Part shown: positions 54,221 through 64,000 of the stretch, in pieces
Numbering within the stretch: the stretch's first letter is position 1
Layout: every line of letters begins with the position of its first letter
Origin: Eledone cirrhosa
Lineage: Eukaryota
Assembly (NCBI GenBank): GCA_964016885.1
Contig: OZ024743.1
Span: 99,448,001-99,512,000, forward strand
Reading direction: 5' to 3'
Length of the DNA: 64,000 bases
Notes under the pieces: generated by a model
The model's database searches: none
Told to the model about the DNA's origin: nothing
The model's input: the letters and a program-made list of their open reading frames with translations, nothing else
Translations under genes and position numbers: made by a program

Positions 54221-54850
54221 ATGTTATGTCATGATGACTACTTACAGTATAGCAGGATAGCCACGAATGTAATCGATGCTAAGTGAAATACCTGCTTGTC
54301 CAGGGATGCTAAACATTTATTACTGAGTATCGAATCAGCTATAGTTAAACTGACCAGAGCTATTCAACAGCAATAAATTATTTACTATCATTGTATCAAC
54401 TAAAGTTTATAAGTTTAGCAAGACTATCAGACAATGGAGAAAACATAAAGAAGGTAGAAAATAGAACATCGATAAGCCAGACTTATGCCATGTAATAGAG
54501 TTAAGTAGCAATCTCTTTCACCATGTAACCTCTATTTAAAATCAAATCTACTCTCTTGTTTATGGCCAACAGTGATTTCAAGTAGTGAATTAACAAATAT
54601 CAACTCTTTTGTTTAATTCTCCACTATTGATTATATATTCTTGTGATTCCTTATTTATTTAGCATTCTTCTACTGGTTTCAGTCATTGAACTGCGGCCAG
54701 GCTGGGGCACCACCTCTAACGTTTTTAATTGATCATTTCAACTGCAATACATATTTCAGTCCAGTACTTACTTCAGTGATCTCTATTGCTGAACTAAGTT
54801 ATATAATATAAGAGGACATAACTCAGATATCTCAGATTGATTAGTCATTG

Positions 54851-54874
54851 ACACACACACCACACACACATACA

Positions 54875-54910
<36 letters not shown>

Positions 54911-55200
54911 CACACACACACGCATACACCACACACACACATACACACGACATACACATACACCACACACACACACATACCACACACACACACACACACA
55001 TACCACACACAGACACACATACATACATACACATACACCAGACACACATACACCAGACACACGTACACACCACACACACATACACACACCGCACACCACA
55101 CACACATACACCACACACACAAACATACACACACATACACACACACACCACACACACATACACATACACCACACACACACCAAACACACACACACACACA
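54851..55200. repeat. Imperfect (CA)n microsatellite
   Basis: Direct reading. Confidence 0.95.
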
Positions 55201-55262
55201 TATATATAAGAAAACATAAGAGCTAGCACTAACATAGAGGTTTATATGAAGACATATACAAT

Positions 55263-55646
55263 ATATAAGTATGTATACGTACATACATATATGTATACAG
55301 ACGTACAGTAGTATGTATATATATATACATACATGCACACATATATATATGTACGTATGAATTCACCGAACATTTATTATAATGCTCGGTGTGTTTGTAA
55401 ACAAACATCCCGTATTAAGCTTGAAACTAGTACAGCGTTCCTTTGTCAGTGTTGAACAAATGAGCAACGATGGTTGCTAGACACTACGGCTTAATACGGG
55501 ATGTTTGTTTACAAACACACCGAGCATTATAATAAATGTTCGGTGAATCCATACGTACATATATATATGTGTGCATGTATGTATATATATATATATACTA
55601 CTGTACGTCTGTATACATATATGTATGTACGTATACATACTTATAT
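55263..55646. repeat. Near-perfect inverted repeat, 158-bp arms with a 68-bp spacer
   Basis: 55263-55420 versus 55489-55646, about 2 mismatches by eye. Confidence 0.92.
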
Positions 55647-57445
55647 TTAAGTAACAGCCGTACTAAGAGTGAGAAATGAAATTACGTTTCATTTTTTCCA
55701 TATACAATATATTTCTGTATAATACACAAGAATGTCACTGTTGAAATTTACTCATTACTAAATCAAGAATAAACTTTTGTATTATGTTTTGTGTATAAAA
55801 AATAGGCTGGAGATGTTCATTTACAAACTTTCTGGTCAGTATTAATTAACAGTAGCACTAACATAGCGTGATTCATACTAGAGGTATATATATATAAATT
55901 TGAGTGACTTCCGTCTGTCACACAATGTGTGTGTAAAAGAAAGGAAAGGGATGGTGAAAAAACTATAGCAAAACAGTGGTTGGTGTTCCATTTGCTATGC
56001 TGTGTGTGAGTGTATGTGTGTTTGTGTGAATGTATGTGTATTTGTGTGAATGTATGTCTGTGAGTGCGTATTTTCATAAGTGTCTTTGTGTTTGTGCACT
56101 TTATAGTTATATACTCATATATATAAATGGATGCATATGCACATACACATATTCATACACATATACACATACGCATCAGTGTGGTGAAAAAATTCAAGTA
56201 TATAATCTGTTTACGAATGTTTTAAGCTGTGATCATGTCACAGCTATCACAGTAGCTGTGTGAGAGAATGAGACACATGTTTCTGGATGTTTATCTGGCA
56301 TTAGTGACGTATGCTCACTCAGTCAAGTTAGTGTGTGAACCCCAAGTCTGACCATACAGTGAGCACCAGCCGAGAGTGGCATGGTTGTGAAGCAAACTTC
56401 TTATCCACACAGTTATACCCACATCATAGAGTAAATATTCTTTGTTTTCTTGATCAATGAACTTTAGATGTGATTTCTGCCGAAAGCAACCAATTTCAAT
56501 CAGTTAAATCTTCAAAGTTTGGTGAGACAGCAATCTCGTTGGTATATGGCTTGATGTTGACACATTGCTTTATTTAGGGACAGTTTGCTTAAATATGAAC
56601 ATCATCAGGTGATTGAGGCATCAGCATCAGCAGCAGCACTAGTATTTAATCAATAATGGAGCTTGAGTCAATAGGCACAATAACTTGACTTAATAAACAT
56701 GTGCAGCAGGATACTGTATTAAGTGTGACAGTGCATACTAAATAAGACGGGCTACTAGCTACATTGTATGCAGCCAATACCATAGTTTGCAACTAGGCTG
56801 GCTGTTTATTTTTTGAATTGAGATAGAAGCGGGGAGGGAACCCCTTTCTCTCCATGCTAGTGTATTCCCTTCAATATGCTTCCTTGTCTTACACACAGAC
56901 ACAGTGTCATACACAATCAACCTCAGTTTTACCCTGTCCAATGAAAGACACTGTCTATAACTTTCAAGTAATTTTTTAAAACAATCAAGAATTTGGAGAG
57001 ATTTAGTAATATAACTAACTTTCTCATTAAGATGTTATTTGGGATATAACTTAAAGCTTCTTACATAGAATTATGATGGAAGGTTTTTAGATAAATATAA
57101 GCATTTTAAAACAAACAATATTGCATCCTAAAGCCAGGAGTGGTGTCAAGTAATTTAGTATTAATAGGGTTAAATATGTAGAGTGTAATAGCAACAACTG
57201 CTATTGTCATTAATAACAATAATATGAGTGTTTGTAATATTGTGGCATATATCATGAATGCATATAGTTTTGTGGCTAGGATGTTCAGCTCCTGGTCATC
57301 AGTTTGGGTCCTGCTGATGTAATGTGTCCTTGAGCAAGTCACTTTATTTCCCATTGCTCTAGTCACTCACCTAGCAAAAATAAGTTGTACCTGTAAGACA
57401 AAGGTCTGGTCTTGTCACACACTGAATCTTTCTGAGAACTACAAT

Positions 57446-57662
57446 AACCCTTTAACATGTACATTACTCTATATTTACTATTATATTTTCATGGTAAAAG
57501 CTTTACCTTACATAATTATCTCACATAATATCGAATCTATGAGATTTTGATGTTATTTATTTTGAGAACAATACCCTAACATCAGTATGAGCAGCTGGTT
57601 ACAGCCAGTTTGAACAGAAAGAGGGGAGAAAATTCTGGCTGGTTTAAATGCTAAAGGATTAA
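57446..57662. mobile_element. Uninterrupted piggyBac-like MITE M1 (~215 bp)
   Basis: TAACCCTTTAACAT...AATGCTAAAGGATTAA. Confidence 0.8.
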
Positions 57663-59348
57663 ATGTGTACATGTCTGTGGAATATTCAGCCACTTAGACA
57701 TTAATTTCACATGTAGGCTGTTGTTTGAACAACTGGAACACTCATCATTAGAACCAACAGAGGTACAACAATTATGGTATAGTCAGTGATGCACTGGAAG
57801 TAAAAGAGTGACGTATTGTCAAATCAACAGAAAGGAGCCAGGTAGGGCCTCATTACACATGAGATCACCTGGTTGGTAAGTTATATTTACATGGGACTTG
57901 GTGAAAACCTTTTTGATCAGATTTGGGTGTATGTGATTCTCGAGATGCGTAGCTAGATAGAGAAAGAGATGTACCCAGACCCCCTAAGGTAAGCAATTTA
58001 TATTTCTACGACAAATATAAATAATTCCTTACTATATATCTGTTATTTTTGTCATCATTGTTACTGTCAGCACCAATAACAGATTAATTTTATTATCCTT
58101 CTGAAGTCAACTTTGTCTTTCCTCCTTCTGAGGTCAATAAAATAAAGTACCAGTCAAGTACTGGGGTTGATATAATCAACTGACTCCACCGCCCAAACTG
58201 TTGGTCTGTTTTATAAGTATTATCATTGGAGGTAGTGATGAGGAATAGTCTCACATTGTTATTTCTATTGCCTATATTTTTGTTGGAGGTAAGCAAGGCT
58301 GAGTGATTAAGATGTTTGTTTTGCAGCCATGTGGTCTGGGTTTGATCCTCCTGCATGACACCTTAGGCAAGTGTTGTTACTCTAGCTTCAAGCCTTGTGA
58401 GTGAAATTGGATGGATGGAATCTGATCATCACATTTTAGCAGTGACTAGGACTACACTACGTAATGTAACTTTTCTTTATTTAACCCGTTTATGACTGTA
58501 TTTCCACAGAAATACACTGAATTTTAATTAACATATAAAGAATTTGGAGGGATTCACTAAATTTGCAATTGCTTCAATATTCAGTTGGCATTTGTAAGAT
58601 AACTTAATTTAGTTAGAAAGTTTTGATTTTAAAAGGGACGCCTTAAAATGGATGATTTTGTATCATAGAAAGAGACACAGTCTTTGACAAATTGGTATCA
58701 ATAAGGTTAAAATGGGTTTAATTTGAAAGAGATCTGAGGAGTTTAAGTGATCATGTAGAGGTTTACCTCATTAGCTAGTTCTGTTACATATTGTTTCAGT
58801 GTGTATAGTCCCTCGTGTATTTGGGGTTTTCATCCTAATATAATACTGCGGTGATCTATACAAATAACTAAATAAATAAGTGATTGAAAGATAAATTCTC
58901 ATCAATCTGTAAAGAGGTTCTGATATAGAGATGTTTCCACATGAGAACGATGTTTCTATCTTTCTGTACAGCAGAAGGTGAACTTCTAATTAAGTATTCA
59001 AAATGAGAATCAACAAACTGATATTCCAATTCATTCTCATCCTTTATAATTAACCTTAATTTAGTCTTATTTTAGATTAGTTATCATTAATTTATTAGTT
59101 TTGTTTTAGATTAAGTACTTTTTTTAATTATCACTGCTCAATGGCCAGTATGACTTACCATAAATTACTTCAACCTCACACTGTCAATTTTTCCTTCTTC
59201 TTTTCCTTTTTCTCTTAATACATTTTACTTCCATTTGCAATAAAAGCACAACACCTGTTCACATTTACTTTTAACCAATTATGAGAATCATCTTCATTTC
59301 TATGTTAGGTTCTCTATTCTGACATAGGTTCAAATTTGGTAGACAGAA

Positions 59349-59419
59349 CCACCACCACCACCGCCACCGCCGCCACCACCACCACCACCACCACCACCAC
59401 CACCACCACCACCACCACC

Positions 59420-59472
<53 letters not shown>
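59349..59472. repeat. (CAC)n(CAT)n microsatellite
   Basis: Direct reading. Confidence 0.95.
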
Positions 59473-59959
59473 TTTTGTTATTGTCTGCGTGTCATGCTGG
59501 CATTGGTTGGAATTTGGTAGTGAGAGACTAAGAAATAATATCTGCCACCAACACCAACAAAAACAATACAACCATTGCCACCACCACCACCACCACTACA
59601 ACCACCTTATCATCATCACCACCATTTCATGCTGGCATTGGTTGGAAAAGTTGTCACAGTATGAATTAGTTTATATTCAGCATTACTGCCCACCTAAACA
59701 GGTTGGAGGATCTCATCTTCTGCATACACTCCAATTCTTGACAGGCTTTCTATGGGTGTCCTTCCTAAGATCTACCTCTTAGCAGTGTGTACTAGCAGCA
59801 TTTTATCACTAGAGAGGTTGTCATAACCTCTCTACCTATGTATACATTTGATTGTCAACTGCTTTACAAAATATATTGGGTGCATTTTACTGTAGCACAA
59901 ACACTAGAAAGGGTGCTTGCATGTATACATATATACACATGTCCCACAAGCACATAATT

Positions 59960-59975
59960 GTATGTGTGTGTGTGT

Positions 59976-60071
<96 letters not shown>

Positions 60072-60108
60072 TTGTGTATGTTTGTGTGTGTGAGTGTTTG
60101 TGTGTGCA
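59960..60108. repeat. (TG)n microsatellite
   Basis: Direct reading. Confidence 0.95.
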
Positions 60109-60377
60109 TGCATGCATATGAATGTATGTATTTACAAGTGTCAGTCATTGGACAACAGCCCTGTCAGAGCATCACTTTCATCTTATGACCTCCAGTATTT
60201 ATAACAGCCTAATATTTATTCCATCAATCTTTGCCAAATCCTTTCTTACCATATTTCTAATAAAAGACACTGATAATAATTTTCAAATAAATAGAAAAAT
60301 TATACATTAATTCTATATTGTATCAAACATATCAATATGACAATTTAGCAGTTTGTAATTCAAAAAATTTCTTTTAC

Positions 60378-60542
60378 CTTTTGATCATCAGGTGACCATA
60401 CTCCACATGTTATAGAGGCATTGTCCAAATTCAGCATGGATGACCAATATCGTTGCCCAGCAACAGATCCCACAAGTACAAAACCATCCCAGTAGCATAT
60501 AAGTGCCATCCGGCCATCATGTGACCAGGCAAAGTCAGTGAC
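60378..60542 (-). CDS. TULP4: Internal coding exon of Tubby-related protein 4 (N-terminal WD40 region), 55 codons, phase 0/0
   Basis: VTDFAWSHDGRMALICYWDGFVLVGSVAGQRYWSSMLNLDNASITCGVWSPDDQK matches my recall of vertebrate TULP4 (VSDFTWSHDG...DGFVLVGSVSGQRHWSS...ITCGIWTPDDQQ); acceptor TTTTACAG and donor AAG|GTAAAA. Confidence 0.92.
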
Positions 60543-60769
60543 CTGTAAAAATAATAATAAATAATTGCAAAACATGTTAAAAGACTATAAAAAATATTTA
60601 TAAACTAGAGCTGATATCAATATTTTAGATCAGTGTTAATAATCTCATACTTTGGAATTTAAGTGAGTTGTATTTTATTCTATATTTACATTTACTTTCA
60701 AACTCATTATCTTCAATTGGGATTCCTTCAAAGGGTCTTTGGAAATAACATTACTCAATAAAGCATGTA

Positions 60770-61105
60770 ACTCAGAGATGAGAGAGTCACTCCAGGTAGA
60801 GCCACTACTTCTCTGAATTAAGAGATAACAACTCTGATACTATGGGCATGTGGTTAGAATGTCTCAGGAAAAAATCACTGGACAGATGTTATAGGCAAAA
60901 CCAACCGGCAGGAGACTCAGGGGTAGACCCCAAGCAAGATGGTTGGGCAAGATGGTTGGACAACATCCATGAGCTTGGCTGGTCATGCTTAGAGATCCAG
61001 CTGGATCAGTTGCAGATGGTTGTTTCTGACAGGACCCACTGGAAGGAGTGTTTAAGAACTCTGCCCCTATGACACTCTCAGGAAAAAGTGGGTGAAGAAG
61101 ATATA
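60770..61105 (+). mobile_element. Degenerate RTE (Expander/Rex3-like) 3' fragment
   Basis: RWLDNIHELGWSCLEI...DRTHWKECLRTLP; related piece at about 13410-13535. Confidence 0.6.
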
Positions 61106-62253
61106 AATGTCTGGGTTTAACCTCCAAATCCAATCAAACCCCTAAGTGGTTCCATTGATACATGGGTGTTGATATTTCTAATGCTAGATTTTCAAATCAT
61201 TTTGAAAATAATCAAGAATTTGGAGGAATTTAATAATATAACCCATTTACTAATTATGTTGTTAGGAGCATTATGTATCAAGATGAAAGGTTGTTATATA
61301 GATATAAATGCTTTTAACTGTATTTCTAATAAAATACACTGCCTAAGCTTTTTAAAGAATTTTGAAAATACTCAGGAATTTAGAGGAATTTAATAAAATA
61401 TTTAACTCTTTTAATCTGATGTTTTAAACAATTGAACAGAGATTCTTACATAAAATTGTGATGGAAGGTTTTTATTTAAATATAAATACCTTAAAATGTT
61501 TCTTTTAAAGTGTCGATATTTATTTTAAAAAAACAACTATCACAGTTTTTTGTAAGAACCTCTGTTATGTTTGGGATCATAGGATCAGGGACAACAGTTC
61601 AGTATCAAAATAATTAAAACAATCAATGAAGCTGATAAAGAACCAGCCTCAAACCTTCCACAACCCAATCAAAGTCTACATGTTTAAAATGAATCAATTA
61701 CAAACGTATGATCATACATATGTATATATATATGTACAGCCACCTAAGAAAATTAACAAAGAGAGGACAAGACAACAAACGGAAACAAAGCAAAATGAAA
61801 AACAATTTTTTTAAGGGGAGACCTTAAAAAATAATTTTTTTACAATAAATATACAAACAAAGGACACAGAAATCCAGGGTCATCGGCTGTTGAGATGGAC
61901 TTTGGCAGTTTCAACTCCTACCAATGGTACTGCTGGTCCACCCAGGGTTGTAGCGGCTCTCTCTATCTCTCTCTTTCTATACATATATATATAGAGAGAG
62001 GGGGGCAGGAAAGAGGGAGAGAGTTATGCTACCAATAAAAATACATACACCAGTTGAGTTTAACTTTGGTTTTATTGAGTTAGGTAACTAATTCATTCAT
62101 CAGATTGTTTAGTAACCAGATTGTTATTTAATTTTCAAAGATCTTTTGTCAACACCTTCTGTGACCTCCTCAATGACTAACCTTACTCCTCTCTATTTCT
62201 TTTTCCTTTTGATTTCATTTTATTTACTCCATCTTTTCTAACTAGGGAATTAA

Positions 62254-62672
62254 TTAACCCATTAACATTTATATTACCCTATATTTATTATTGTTTTTTT
62301 GCAGTAAAGGCTTTACCTCACTTAATTGATTATCTCACATCATCATCATCATCATCATCAACGTTTAACGTCCGTGTTCCACGCTTGCATGGGTTTGGAC
62401 GGGGGTAGTCCCACTTGAGGCAAGAGTGATTGTCTTGCTCGCATAGGACTGTCTGGCAGGTTTTCTACAGTTGGATGCCCTTCCTAACACCAACCACATT
62501 TACAGTGTGGGTCTGGGAGGTTTTTAATATCGAATATATAAGATTTTGATATTATTTATTTTGAGAACAATACCTTAACATCAGTATGAGGGGCCAGTTA
62601 TGGCCAGTTTGAACAGAAAGAGGTGAGAGAATTCTGGCCGGATATGGCCAGTTTAAATGCTAAAAGGTTAAT
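62254..62672. mobile_element. MITE M1 interrupted by a young RTE 3' tail (62341-62525, minus)
   Basis: TTAACCCATTAACATT...AATGCTAAAAGGTTAA; the insert splits TCTCACAT|AATATCGAA. Confidence 0.85.
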
Positions 62673-63023
62673 TACCTGACTAATTGTAAAACCAAAGTGA
62701 AACAACATGAGAATGTGTCTTTATTGGCAGTATGACCCTACCAAAATATAACAAAATCTGTTTCAAAATACACTGTTTCAATGCATTCTCAATTATAGAA
62801 TGTTCATGGCAAAAAGTTTCATTTTGTCAATCCTGTCATTACTATACTTCTAATGAAAGATACTATGTTTTTTTAAAATAATTTTGAAAATAAACAAGAA
62901 TTTGAAGGGTTTGCATAAAATAGTAAAATTATATTTTCCATGCTGTATCTTATACAGTGCAGGTGTGGTGTCCAGCATCTAATTAGTAAAACAACAATGG
63001 GACTAAAAAATGAGCTTCTACAA

Positions 63024-63299
63024 CAGGGATACCCAAACCTTTTAGACCATTGGGTTCTTCATGGAATTCCTGACCCCACATCAATCCTAAGTGTGTACAA
63101 TAACAAATAAGAAAAAATACAGTAAACAGAATATGAAATAAATAGGCAATAAAGACTAATTATATATAATTTTATAGCTTAATTTTATTTATTTTCATTT
63201 CTTATATAAATGTCAGGGTTTGGCCCCCAAATCCAATCAAACTCCTGAGTGAATCCACCGACACCTGGGTGTCAATATCAACCATTTTGAAGACCCCTG
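63024..63299. mobile_element. Probable hAT/Charlie-type MITE
   Basis: CAGGGATACCCAAAC...TTTGAAGACCCCTG termini; target-site duplication not clear. Confidence 0.5.
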
Positions 63300-64000
63300 T
63301 ACTATGCAGTTGATTAATCTGCTAAAAGAAGCATATAATTCTCCCTCAAACCATATGTTACCATCTTAAAAGAACACAGAAAAGACATAATATCTTGAGA
63401 TAATGCTAGATATACTAAGATGGCATTATATGTTTTTAAAGTAGAAACAATTATATGTTTTTAATTGTAGGTCTACTTGATTAGAGCTGACTTGGGACTG
63501 AATAATAATCATCATTTAACAAATATACTGAACTCTCTTTTAGATCATAGACTAACTATAGATATTTTGTTGGCTGTTGAATGTCATTTCAGAACCATAA
63601 AATATATATACATACAAATGTTTTGGGAGCTCTTTATGTATTGTATTTATTATAAAGATGCATGAATTATCAGAAAATTAAGAAGTTTTCATAACAAAAG
63701 TGAGTTTTTTACAACATCACACAATAAATTTGAATTTCAACCAACTAGTGATATTAAAATGCTGTTGTAATCTGTCCTGAAGAGAATAAATATTATTGGA
63801 TCAAATTAAACATCAAATATGACAGTGTAAGTTCATATTATCCACACATTAAATATGTATTTTTTTCCTTTTTTCATACATTTGTATACATTGATATATG
63901 ATGGGTTGGAGGTTTGTACATTTGTCACTTCTGACAATAAGTGTGCCAGTTATACAAACGAAATTAACGTGCAAGTGGCTGAGCATTCCACAATCACATG

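Noticed and set aside
54246-54291. Minus-strand CAG...GTAAG-bounded micro-exon candidate
   Set aside because: Frame-shifting length, no polypyrimidine tract, no TULP4 similarity

Overview
AT-rich, microsatellite-dense animal genomic DNA. The repeat families suggest a coleoid cephalopod, probably Octopus (inference). The only host coding sequence I can support is one 165-nt phase-0 exon of TULP4 (minus strand, 60378-60542, canonical AG/GT), so most of the window is probably one very large TULP4 intron. It is packed with transposable elements: RTE/BovB LINE fragments (one with an open RT frame), a nearly full-length frameshifted RTE-clade LINE (16245-19912), two tRNA-derived SINE families, two non-autonomous Helitrons, TTAA-flanked piggyBac-like MITEs (two of which seeded tandem arrays) and single Tc1/hAT MITEs. 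The most notable hidden layer is a set of short, mostly TA-microsatellite-embedded elements of several families that carry minimal type I hammerhead ribozyme motifs, typical of Penelope-like element terminal repeats. Some are complete (12500, 33233/33280, 48366), others are degenerate or half motifs, and most sit in foldback inverted repeats whose turn point lies at or inside the ribozyme. Most ORFs in the supplied track are microsatellite translations. All element boundaries were read by eye and are approximate unless stated.
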